Shown: positions 28,296 to 36,756, counted from the first letter of the stretch. The stretch is 64,000 nucleotides of DNA from an uncultured Acidobacteriota bacterium (GCA_963822445.1 CAWGHO010000002.1:1728001-1792000), one strand, 5' to 3'. Notes: generated by a model not told the origin, from the sequence alone. Program-made: numbers and translations.

Positions 28296-31252
28296 GCGAG
28301 GGCGGCCTTCCCGTCACACTGGCCGGCTTCCGCAATTTCCACGAGGGGAAGTCGATCGTCGTGTGCGGGTGCGGGTCATCGCTGTCGGCATTCACGCGGC
28401 CCGAGCGCTTCGTCACGATCGGCGTGAACGACGTCGGCCGTCTCTTTCAGCCCGATTACCTGGTCGTGCTCAATCCGCGGCAGCAGTTCACCGGCGATCG
28501 CTTCCGCCACGTCGAGGAAAGCCGGGCCAAAGCGATCTTCACGCAGCTCGATCTCCGGCTCCGTCACCCGCACGTCGTCCGCTTTCGCCTCGGAAAGCGC
28601 GGAGGCACGGAGCCCGTCGATCCCAACGTGCTGCACTACACGCGCAACTCGCCGTACGTCGCGCTTTGCCTGGCGATGCACATGGGAGCGAAGCGGATCG
28701 GTCTGATCGGCGTCGATTTCACCGACCATCACTTTTTCGGGCGGACCGGACGTCATTCACTGGCGCGCGAGCTGCCGCAGATCGACTCCGAATACCGGCG
28801 CCTCGGCGAGGTCGCCAGGCGGCTCGGCATCGAGGTCTTCAACCTCAGCGAATCGAGCCGGATCACGGCCTTTCCGAAGATCTCCGCCGATGCCTTCGCG
28901 CGACTCGACGCGCCGCCGTTGCGCATCGTCTCTTACGCAACGACACCCGTCGCCGGCGTTCCGCCCGTGCTCGCGAGGTGCATCGCCGAGCGGACGCCGC
29001 ATGAGGGCCGTGCCGTATGGGCCCGCGCGGGCTACGGCAACGGCGTCGTGTTCGACGGCGACGTCGAGTACACCCGCTCCTCGCGCCAGGCGAACGCGCT
29101 GCTCGACGCCGCGGACGTCGTGATCGTGCACAACGGCAAGGTCGATGCGCGTCACGTCGCGCTGATCGACAGCAAGCCGGTCGTCACGCTCGCGCACAAC
29201 TACAAGTGGAACGTGGACGAGACGTTCGTCCAGCGCGGAATGCCCGGGCTGGTCGTCGCGCAGTACCAGGCGACGCTCCCGGAGTTCGCATTGTGGACGC
29301 CGGTGCCGAATCCGATTCCGTTCTGGGAACCGGCCTACGCGGCGGGCGAGAAGGGTCCGCGGATCACCATCGCCTTCACGCCGTCCGGAAAACACGAGCG
29401 CTATCCGGAAGACCATCACCTGTACTGGCACGCGAAGGGATATCGCTCGACGATGGCCGTTCTCGAGCGGCTCGCCGCGCGGCGCGGCATCGCCCTCGAG
29501 GTCATTCGAAACGCGCAGATCTCGCACGCGCGCTCGATGGAGATGAAGCGCCGCGCGCACATCGTGATCGACGAGTGCGTGACCGGCAGCTATCACCGCA
29601 ACAGTCTCGAGGGACTGGCCGCCGGCGCCGTCGTCGTGAACGGCGTGGGACGCCTGGCCGGCGTGGCCGAATTGCTCCGTGACGTGAGCGGATCCGAAGA
29701 AGTGCCGTTCGTCGCCGCGGGTCTCGACGACCTGGAGGCTGTTCTCGAGAAGCTGATAGCGCGCGGCGCCGCCGCGCTTGCCGAGGAAGGTGCTCGCGGC
29801 CGGCGATGGCTCGAAGCGCATTGGGATTTCGGGCGGCAGTGGAGCCGCTTCTGGCAGCCCGCGATCGAGACTGCGCTGCAGCAGCGCGGTGTGGTGCAGG
29901 CCTCCGGCCTGCCTTCCGGCGGTGAGAAAGAGGCAGGCTGGAAGCCCGCACCACACGGACACGGGATCGTCATTCCATTCGGCGGGCGCGACCGGCTGCC
30001 GCTGCTCGAGCGCACGCTCCTCGCGGTCGCCGCGAGCGGCGCCAGCGAAGTGATCGTCGTCGAAATGGCGGAAGACGAGCCCTGCGCGCGCGACGCGGTC
30101 GCCGCCGCCGGTTTCCAGCACGTCTTCATCCGCGACGTCTTTCATAAGACGCGTGCCATGAACGCCGGCGCGGCGCGCATCACCAGCGAACGTTTCTTCT
30201 GGCTCGACGCCGACATCGTCGCGACTCCGCCGTTCTTCGCGAATGCCGTCGCCGAAATGGACGAGCGGAAACTCGATTGCCTCGTGCCCTGGACCACGGT
30301 CGGTTACCTGACCGGCGAGGACACGGCAGCCGTTCTGGCCGAATCGAAGTCCGTCGACGAATGCAAACCGCAGACGACGTACCGCTCTCCGCGCGCGAGC
30401 CGCGGCGGCGTCGTCCTGGTGCGCACGTCGTTCGTGCGCGAGTACGGCGGGATGTGCGAAGAGTTCCGGGGATGGGGAGCGGAAGACGATGCGTGGTTTG
30501 CGAAAGCGAGATGCCTCGGCACCGCCGACGTCACCCGCCGCCGCGACCAGCACGTGTACCACCTTCATCACGAGAACAGCGGCGGCGCCCGTCCCGGCGC
30601 GGCGCTCGCTCTGAATCCGCATTACCGGCGCAACGTCGCGTTGTTTCGTGAGGTGCGATCGCTTCGCACGCGCGAGCGTTTCCTGCAACGGTTTCCCGCC
30701 GTGCCCCTTCGCGCCGAGGGAGATCCGCCCTGGGGCGGCGAGGCGGCTCGGCCCGCGGAACCTCGCGCGACGGCCGTGCTTCCGGCCGGCCGCCAGGGGC
30801 CGCGGCTGAACCTTGGCTGTTGCGACGATGTGCGCCGTGGGTTCGTGAACGTCGACCGCGTCGCCGGCAGGGGAGTCGATGCCGTCGTCGACCTCGCGGA
30901 ACCGTGGCCCTGGAACAGCGATTCGGTCGACGAGATCCGCGCCTGGGACATCATCGAGCACCTCCCCGACAAGGTGCGCACCATGAACGAAATGTGGCGC
31001 GTGCTACGGCCCGGCGCGACGGCCGAGATCGCCGTCCCCACCACCGACGGCCCGGGCGCGTTTCAGGATCCGACGCACGTCTCGTTCTGGAACCGGCGCA
31101 GCTTTCTCTACTACGAGCACGGCAATCCGTATCGCGAGCGGTTCGCGCGCAGCTACGGCATCGAGGCGCGGTTTCGCGTGCGCTCCGAGCGGACCGAGAG
31201 CTCTGTCGATGGCCCGCGGCTGCACATCGTGCTGGAGGCGGTGAAGCCATGA
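28292..31252 (+). CDS. Four-domain fusion: Maf/DUF115-like + GT-B-like + GT2/GT7C + class I SAM methyltransferase (986 aa)
   Basis: ATG 28292 after GGAGG; VVCGCGSSL..TIGVND..PDY..MGAKRIGLIGVDF; IVIDE...SLEGLAAGAVVV; IVIPF..WLDADI..GGMCEEFRGWGAEDD; LNLGC..NVD..IIEHL..EMWRVLRPG. Confidence 0.85.
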   Translation: MSEGGLPVTLAGFRNFHEGKSIVVCGCGSSLSAFTRPERFVTIGVNDVGRLFQPDYLVVLNPRQQFTGDRFRHVEESRAKAIFTQLDLRLRHPHVVRFRLGKRGGTEPVDPNVLHYTRNSPYVALCLAMHMGAKRIGLIGVDFTDHHFFGRTGRHSLARELPQIDSEYRRLGEVARRLGIEVFNLSESSRITAFPKISADAFARLDAPPLRIVSYATTPVAGVPPVLARCIAERTPHEGRAVWARAGYGNGVVFDGDVEYTRSSRQANALLDAADVVIVHNGKVDARHVALIDSKPVVTLAHNYKWNVDETFVQRGMPGLVVAQYQATLPEFALWTPVPNPIPFWEPAYAAGEKGPRITIAFTPSGKHERYPEDHHLYWHAKGYRSTMAVLERLAARRGIALEVIRNAQISHARSMEMKRRAHIVIDECVTGSYHRNSLEGLAAGAVVVNGVGRLAGVAELLRDVSGSEEVPFVAAGLDDLEAVLEKLIARGAAALAEEGARGRRWLEAHWDFGRQWSRFWQPAIETALQQRGVVQASGLPSGGEKEAGWKPAPHGHGIVIPFGGRDRLPLLERTLLAVAASGASEVIVVEMAEDEPCARDAVAAAGFQHVFIRDVFHKTRAMNAGAARITSERFFWLDADIVATPPFFANAVAEMDERKLDCLVPWTTVGYLTGEDTAAVLAESKSVDECKPQTTYRSPRASRGGVVLVRTSFVREYGGMCEEFRGWGAEDDAWFAKARCLGTADVTRRRDQHVYHLHHENSGGARPGAALALNPHYRRNVALFREVRSLRTRERFLQRFPAVPLRAEGDPPWGGEAARPAEPRATAVLPAGRQGPRLNLGCCDDVRRGFVNVDRVAGRGVDAVVDLAEPWPWNSDSVDEIRAWDIIEHLPDKVRTMNEMWRVLRPGATAEIAVPTTDGPGAFQDPTHVSFWNRRSFLYYEHGNPYRERFARSYGIEARFRVRSERTESSVDGPRLHIVLEAVKP
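29889..29956. repeat. Palindromic element inserted in-frame in the glycosyltransferase gene (family 2)
   Basis: gtgtggtgcaggcctccggcctgcc...ggcaggctggaagcccgcaccacac; homologous to the intergenic element at 49049-49115. Confidence 0.8.
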
Positions 31253-32649
31253 CCGTGCGCTCCTTCGCCGTCGTGATTCCTTCGGCGAACGCCGCAAAGC
31301 TGATCGAGTGCGTGCGGGCGATCCGGCGGCACGAGCCGTCCCTCGATCCGTCCCGCATCATCGTCGTCGACGACGGCGCGCGGGCAGGCGCCGGGTCCGA
31401 GCTGCCGGATGTACGCTGGGTCGAAGGGGTGCGGCCGTTCGTCTTCGCGACCAACGCCAACCTCGGAATCGCAGCCGCGGGCGGTGACGATGTCGTTCTG
31501 CTCAACGACGACGCGCGTCTGGTCACGTCCGGAGGGTTTACCGCCCTCGCCGCGCATGTCGATCGCCAGCCGTCCCTCGGCCTCGTGGCCGCCGCCGTCC
31601 GCGGTGCGGTGGGCAATCGCGCGCAGCGGCCGCGCGCCTCCGGCGGACTGAGAGCCGAGCGCTCGAAACTCTGCTTCGTTTGCGTGTACATCCCGCGCTC
31701 CGTGTACGGCGCCGTCGGCCCGCTCGACGAGCGCTTCGTCGGCTACGGCTACGAGGACGACGACTATTCGCTCCGCGTAAGAGAGCGCGGCTTCGAGCTC
31801 GGCATCGCCGATGACTGCGTCGTCGAACATGATGGAGGCGCCACCTTCCGCACGTGCCTCGATTACGTCGAGCTCGAGCAGCTCAATCGCCGGCTGTATC
31901 TCGAGAAACAGGATCGTCTTCGCGGAGCCGAACGCTTCGTCCTGGCCATGCGCGTGAAGAACGGCGTGCCCTTTGTCGGCGAGGCCATCGAGCGGGCGAT
32001 GTCGCTCTGCGATCGCGCCCTCATCTTCGACGATCATTCCGATGACGGCACGGCCGCAATCTGCCGCGCACTCGGACCGCGCGTCACCGTCGTCGAGTCG
32101 CCGTTCGAAGGTCTCGACGAGGCCCGCGACAAGAACGAAATGCTTCGTCTTCTCCGGTGGGAGCTGCCGGACTGGGTGCTCTGGATCGACGCCGATGAGG
32201 TACTGGAGCGCAGCGGCCCTCAGCTCCTGCGCGAGGCCACGCGCCGCGATCCGTTTGCGGCCGCCTTCGCGCTGCGCGTCGCGTACGTCTGGGACGATCC
32301 GGAGCAGGTCCGTGTCGACGGCATCTTCGGGCGCTTCCATCGCGAGTCGCTGTTCCGCATGCGCGGGCAGTCCGTGGAACGCCTTCAGTTTCGGGAGCGC
32401 GGTTCGGGGCCGAACCTCCATTGCGGCAACGTGCCGATGAATCTCGCCGGCCATCGCCGCCGTCTGGGCGTGCGTCTCAGGCACTACGGCTACATGACCG
32501 CCGAGCAGCGGCAGAGGAAGTACGACTGGTACGTGCACGTCGATCCCGACAACGCTGCGGAAGATCACTATCGGCACATTGCCGGAGAGCGCGGGGCGCG
32601 CTACGCACCCGGGCCGCCGCGATTCGTGCGATGGACGGAAGGACGGTGA
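31249..32649 (+). CDS. Tandem two-domain GT2 glycosyltransferase (466 aa)
   Basis: ATG 31249 (ATGA overlap); VVIPS..IIVVDDG..LLNDD..LDERFVGYGYEDDD; second domain FDDHSDDGT..WVLWIDADE..HYGY. Confidence 0.88.
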   Translation: MTVRSFAVVIPSANAAKLIECVRAIRRHEPSLDPSRIIVVDDGARAGAGSELPDVRWVEGVRPFVFATNANLGIAAAGGDDVVLLNDDARLVTSGGFTALAAHVDRQPSLGLVAAAVRGAVGNRAQRPRASGGLRAERSKLCFVCVYIPRSVYGAVGPLDERFVGYGYEDDDYSLRVRERGFELGIADDCVVEHDGGATFRTCLDYVELEQLNRRLYLEKQDRLRGAERFVLAMRVKNGVPFVGEAIERAMSLCDRALIFDDHSDDGTAAICRALGPRVTVVESPFEGLDEARDKNEMLRLLRWELPDWVLWIDADEVLERSGPQLLREATRRDPFAAAFALRVAYVWDDPEQVRVDGIFGRFHRESLFRMRGQSVERLQFRERGSGPNLHCGNVPMNLAGHRRRLGVRLRHYGYMTAEQRQRKYDWYVHVDPDNAAEDHYRHIAGERGARYAPGPPRFVRWTEGR

Positions 32650-32653
32650 GCAG

Positions 32654-33073
32654 GTGACCGCCAACCCCATTCAACTGAATCACACCCTCACGATTCTGCA
32701 TCCGCTGGTCCCGGCGGCGACCGAAGCCTTCGAGCCGGCGGTCGAGGGCGTGGCCTCGCCCCCTCCCCTGACGAGCGCGGTGCTTTTCAACGCCACCACC
32801 GAGGCCGTCAACTCCATCAGCGTCGGCGCGGTCGTGTCTCCGCCGGCCGGCCTGCCCGGCTTCAGCTCCAGCCAGGCCCCGTCTTCGTGCACCTGCAGAC
32901 TTTCGCAGGGCGAAACCTCGCTTCAGGTCACGTTCGCGAACGGTGTGGCCTGGTCGTCGACGCTCCTCGTCGGCTCGTACGGCGGCACGGTTTCCATCTG
33001 GTGCTTCGAGAACGGATTCGTGCTCACCACCGCCTCCAATCAGCTCGCGCAGATCAGCTTCTGGTCGGAATGA
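32654..33073 (+). CDS. Hypothetical 139-aa beta-rich protein (possible distant small-subunit paralog)
   Basis: GTG 4 nt after the upstream stop; LFNATTEAVN resembles FNANT..VN; ASPPP and VSPP motifs. Confidence 0.7.
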   Translation: MTANPIQLNHTLTILHPLVPAATEAFEPAVEGVASPPPLTSAVLFNATTEAVNSISVGAVVSPPAGLPGFSSSQAPSSCTCRLSQGETSLQVTFANGVAWSSTLLVGSYGGTVSIWCFENGFVLTTASNQLAQISFWSE

Positions 33074-33093
33074 AGAAGAAAGGAACGGGGACG

Positions 33094-33474
33094 ATGACAG
33101 TCGCGGTGTCGGTCTTCAACGCCAACACGGATCAGGTGAACGTGAACATCAACAACTCCTCCTCGGGCTTCAGCATCAACGGCACCACGGCGGCGCTCTC
33201 GTTCTACCCGATGACGCCCACCGCCTCTGACGCGCCCACGTTCGGAAGCCGGCCCGGGCCGAACGTGCTGGGGCCCGGGTCGAACTCACTTGCGATCACG
33301 CCCGTGGGAGTCAATCAGCCCGGACTCTTCACGCTTCAGATCCCGACCACGCAGCAGATCATCTCGCTGCAGCTTTACGTCTTCTGGGACTCGGCGACGA
33401 CGATCGGCTACGCGCTGCTCAACAACGGCCAGGTGCTGGCGATGGAAAACCAGCCGTACGGGAGCCCGTCATGA
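33094..33474 (+). CDS. Hypothetical 126-aa beta-rich protein (small subunit 2)
   Basis: Clear paralog of 16478-16900; alternative coupled start at 33070; ends YGSPS. Confidence 0.85.
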   Translation: MTVAVSVFNANTDQVNVNINNSSSGFSINGTTAALSFYPMTPTASDAPTFGSRPGPNVLGPGSNSLAITPVGVNQPGLFTLQIPTTQQIISLQLYVFWDSATTIGYALLNNGQVLAMENQPYGSPS

Positions 33475-34844
33475 AACGGGCCGCACTGTCCGCTCTGCTG
33501 ATGCTGATCGCGGCGCATGGCCATGCGCAGACGTGCAATCCGGCTCAGGACGACTGTACCGTCGCGCAGGCGCTCGACCATTACCGCGCGCAACCGCTCG
33601 CGGCGGCGATCGAAAGCGGCGTGCACGCCGCCAACCTTCCGGCGTCGCCATCCGCCGGCGGCATTCACAACACCTATCAGGATTTCCTCAGCCTCTTCGG
33701 CTTCGCCATCGAAAGCGTGACCGAGGAGGACAACGGGCAGGTCATGGTCGTGCGTTTCAATCCACTCCGCGCGGGACGCACGCTCCTCGGCGCGACCCTC
33801 ACGATCATCGAGCCTGCCGTCGGGCAGGTCGTGCAGCGGGCCATCCCCGAGGACGTACGCGCGGCGACGGTGTCCGGCCTGGACCAGAGCCTCGGCGAGA
33901 CGGATGACGTTACGTACTCGCTTTCGTGGTCGCCTGCATCACCCGACTGTCCCGCCGCCGAGCGAAGCGCATGTTGGGGACGTTCGCCGGCCGCCTATCG
34001 CGAGCTGATCGCAACCGTCGCCGCCGCGCACGTGCAGGAGCTCGAGCCGGCGCTCGCGGCGGCGGCCTCCGACCTGTTGCGGTACTTCCCCGGCTCCGCG
34101 GGCTCGCTCTTCGATCAGCCACTCTCTCGCGCCACCGATCGCGAGGCCTTGCTCGCCGGCCTGCGCGATCTCGCCGCGAGTGAACGAACGACGGCGCCTG
34201 TCGCGGCGACAGCGTTGCCGCGCCTCATCGACCAGCAGCCGCAGTTCGCGCTCACGACCAGCTACCGCATGCCCGGCCGCCTCGGCGGCCCTCGTCATTT
34301 CGAAGCCGCGTTCGAATTCCATTCCGGGCTGCGGAACGTCAACGGGTTGCGCCGGCGATGCCACGCCGTCGCCCGGGACAAACGCGCGGCCTGTCTCAAT
34401 GCCGCCATCACCGCGTTCGCGACGAAGGACGCCGTCGTCCACGATTTCGTCGTCCGCGCCACTGCGCGGCGCACGCTTGCCTATCGCGTCGACGACCTCT
34501 GGCTCGATCAGCCGGTCGAGGGCTTCACGCCCATCGATCTCGGGCCGGCGACATCCTTCCGCATCCGCGCGCAGGCCGGGCGGCAGTTCGCGACGCCGCT
34601 GACGGAGCAGCACATCCGCGCGGACTGGTCGCTCGAAGGGACGTTCAATGGCAGCGATGCCACGCGTCCTGCGAATCGATGGGTCTCGACGCTCACCCTC
34701 GCCGTCCCGGCCGGCGCCAGCATGACCATTCCGGTCTCGCTCACGTATGCGAGCGAGGCCGAGCTGCTCGGCGCGCAGACCGATCGCATCGGCGCGCACC
34801 TCGGCCTCACCTGGCGTCTGCCGCGTGCTCTCTCGGGGCAATGA
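33471..34844 (+). CDS. Secreted hypothetical protein with C-terminal amphipathic beta-strands (possible outer-membrane protein)
   Basis: Signal peptide MKRAALSALLMLIAAHGHA; three Cys pairs; ends IGAHLGLTWRLP. Confidence 0.75.
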   Translation: MKRAALSALLMLIAAHGHAQTCNPAQDDCTVAQALDHYRAQPLAAAIESGVHAANLPASPSAGGIHNTYQDFLSLFGFAIESVTEEDNGQVMVVRFNPLRAGRTLLGATLTIIEPAVGQVVQRAIPEDVRAATVSGLDQSLGETDDVTYSLSWSPASPDCPAAERSACWGRSPAAYRELIATVAAAHVQELEPALAAAASDLLRYFPGSAGSLFDQPLSRATDREALLAGLRDLAASERTTAPVAATALPRLIDQQPQFALTTSYRMPGRLGGPRHFEAAFEFHSGLRNVNGLRRRCHAVARDKRAACLNAAITAFATKDAVVHDFVVRATARRTLAYRVDDLWLDQPVEGFTPIDLGPATSFRIRAQAGRQFATPLTEQHIRADWSLEGTFNGSDATRPANRWVSTLTLAVPAGASMTIPVSLTYASEAELLGAQTDRIGAHLGLTWRLPRALSGQ

Positions 34845-34949
34845 CGCTCATGACAGGTAGGGAAATGGTCCTCAGCAGGCTCACCCAAACAGGAACAGGA
34901 ACGGCTCGCCCGCGGTGTCCTGTCCTCACGTTCTCCGGATCGGGAGCCC

Positions 34950-35447
34950 ATGTGCTCCGCGATCGGATTCTCCGACGAAATCCTTGCCGCATTGCTTCCG
35001 GTCGCGATCCGGATGGCCACGCGCTGGTGCGCATCCGCCGACGACGCGCAGGACATCGCGCAGGACGCGATGCTCCGCCTGATGCGTCAGAACCGGCCGC
35101 CTGAGAACGTCGCGGCCTGGCTGTTCGTCGTGACGCGACGTCTTTCGCACTTGCGCTGGCAGCGCGAGCGCACGCGCGCGGAGGCGGAAGCCGCGTTCGC
35201 GATGAGCGGTCTGCCGGACCTGCACCTGGAAGTGCGCATTCACGCCGACTCGGTGCTCTCGCAACTGACCCCGAAGGAGCGTGCACTGCTGCTCTTCGTC
35301 GTCGAGGGCTGGCGCACGAACGACATCGCCAGCGCCTTCGGCTGCTCTCCCGGAAACATCGGGACGATGGTCGCGCGTGCGCGGACGAGGGCCAAGGCAA
35401 TCAGTACGGGGAAGCCGCGAAGAAAACATTCATCCCGAAAGCGATAG
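34950..35447 (+). CDS. ECF-type sigma-70 factor
   Basis: DDAQDIAQDAMLRL and AAWLFVVTRR (region 2); LTPKERALL...EGWRTNDIASAFGCSPGNIGTMVARAR (region 4 HTH). Confidence 0.88.
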   Translation: MCSAIGFSDEILAALLPVAIRMATRWCASADDAQDIAQDAMLRLMRQNRPPENVAAWLFVVTRRLSHLRWQRERTRAEAEAAFAMSGLPDLHLEVRIHADSVLSQLTPKERALLLFVVEGWRTNDIASAFGCSPGNIGTMVARARTRAKAISTGKPRRKHSSRKR

Positions 35448-35450
35448 GGA

Positions 35451-35480
35451 CGTCAGAAAAGGATCGCGTGGCGGCTCCTT
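35451..35480 (+). promoter_or_regulatory. Putative ECF promoter, copy 3
   Basis: CGTCAGAAA-N14-GCTCCTT immediately after the sigma gene. Confidence 0.7.
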
Positions 35481-35622
35481 TCGTTTTGAAGTCAGCTCGG
35501 TTGGGTCCGAGAGCTTCTAACAGAGAAAAGGGAGGTGATTCCCGAGTCCGGAACACGTGTGCGCAGCACCGCGGGCGCAGTCGAGTAGCGCAGTCAGATT
35601 TCTGAAAAGAGAGGAGAGATCC

Positions 35623-36381
35623 ATGGATGGATTCCGGTGGTGGTGCGCTGTCGCGGCGGCGCTGTTCGCCGCGAACGGTGTTGCGGCGAGCGGCGACATC
35701 GTGCAGGTCGTCGTGGTCGATTTGCCGAACTGGATCACGCACATCATCGCCGAGGACGACGGGACCAACCCGTCGAACAACATCATTCCCGTTTCCGATT
35801 GCACGTCGGGCTCGTTCGGGGCCATTCGCCTTCCCCCGGGCGGAAGCGCGATCGCCCGCCACATCGGCCCCTTGTGCGCGCTCGCCGGCGGGGCGGGCGT
35901 TTATCCCGTCGAGAATCCCGGCAGCATCGAATCGCAGCTCGTCTTCACGGAACCGGAGAGCGGCGCGCAGTCGACTCTGATCGTGCCGGCGCTCTCCGAT
36001 CCGTTGATGGCGCGCGGCGACACCGCGCGGATCAGCCGGATCTCGAACGGGAACGGTCAGCAGACGTACCTGGTCGTGTTCGGCGATCCCGGCCCGCTGA
36101 CGCTGCACGTGCTCAACGGCGAACAGCAGCAGGTCGGGATCGAATTCGTCGACGCGCCGCAGTTCCTTCATCCGTTCGCCGTGTTGTTTTACCCATTGCA
36201 GACGCCGGTGGACATCGGCTCGATCGTCGTCATCGAAGGCGACACCAGAACACCGAGCCGTGTCATCCCCAACCGCACGTATCACGGCTTCGCAACGGTG
36301 GCCGGGCCGGATGGCCGCACGCAGGTGATCCGCACCTGGAACCGCCCGCCGGAAGAGCCGGAAGCATCAGCCGACAGGTAG
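35623..36381 (+). CDS. Secreted hypothetical protein (252 aa)
   Basis: ATG after GAGGAG; signal-peptide-like N-terminus; beta-rich. Confidence 0.75.
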   Translation: MDGFRWWCAVAAALFAANGVAASGDIVQVVVVDLPNWITHIIAEDDGTNPSNNIIPVSDCTSGSFGAIRLPPGGSAIARHIGPLCALAGGAGVYPVENPGSIESQLVFTEPESGAQSTLIVPALSDPLMARGDTARISRISNGNGQQTYLVVFGDPGPLTLHVLNGEQQQVGIEFVDAPQFLHPFAVLFYPLQTPVDIGSIVVIEGDTRTPSRVIPNRTYHGFATVAGPDGRTQVIRTWNRPPEEPEASADR

Positions 36382-36404
36382 ACAGACAACGAAAAGGAGA
36401 AAGC

Positions 36405-36656
36405 ATGGCCATCACCATCATTCGTAATCAGACACGCGGCGTTCTGGAGCTTTGGGACGCCGGGAAGAAGCTCAAGACCATTCCGGTGGGAGGTTCCCTC
36501 CAACAGGTCCCCATCACCATCACGCAGGTCACGAGATCAGGGGTCATCCTCGCCAGAAAGAAGGGCGGGTTCGCGAACGACGACTCCTACGTGGCGACGT
36601 ACGCCAACAATTCGGTCGTGTTCACCGGTAACACGAGCGTGGTGACGTTCACATAG
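36405..36656 (+). CDS. Hypothetical 83-aa basic beta-rich protein
   Basis: ATG after AAAAGGAG; MAITIIRNQTRGVLELWD...; followed by a hairpin at 36670-36699. Confidence 0.75.
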   Translation: MAITIIRNQTRGVLELWDAGKKLKTIPVGGSLQQVPITITQVTRSGVILARKKGGFANDDSYVATYANNSVVFTGNTSVVTFT

Positions 36657-36756
36657 TCGCGGCTCGATCGAGGGAGGCGGACTTTCACCCGCCTCCCTCC
36701 CGGATCAGGGCTCGATGACGAAGTTGTTAATCCGGTGGTCGGAGTTCGAGCTCGCC

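Noticed and set aside
16478-34844. Known contractile injection system, T6SS, Tc toxin or RHS locus
   Set aside because: No recognisable sheath, tube, VgrG, PAAR, baseplate J, AAA ATPase, YD or SpvB motifs; remote homology cannot be excluded without a profile search
34857-34885. Fourth copy of the ECF motif directly upstream of the sigma gene (gggaaa-N13-gctcacc)
   Set aside because: Poor match to the -35 element, and the spacer is 13 nt rather than 14
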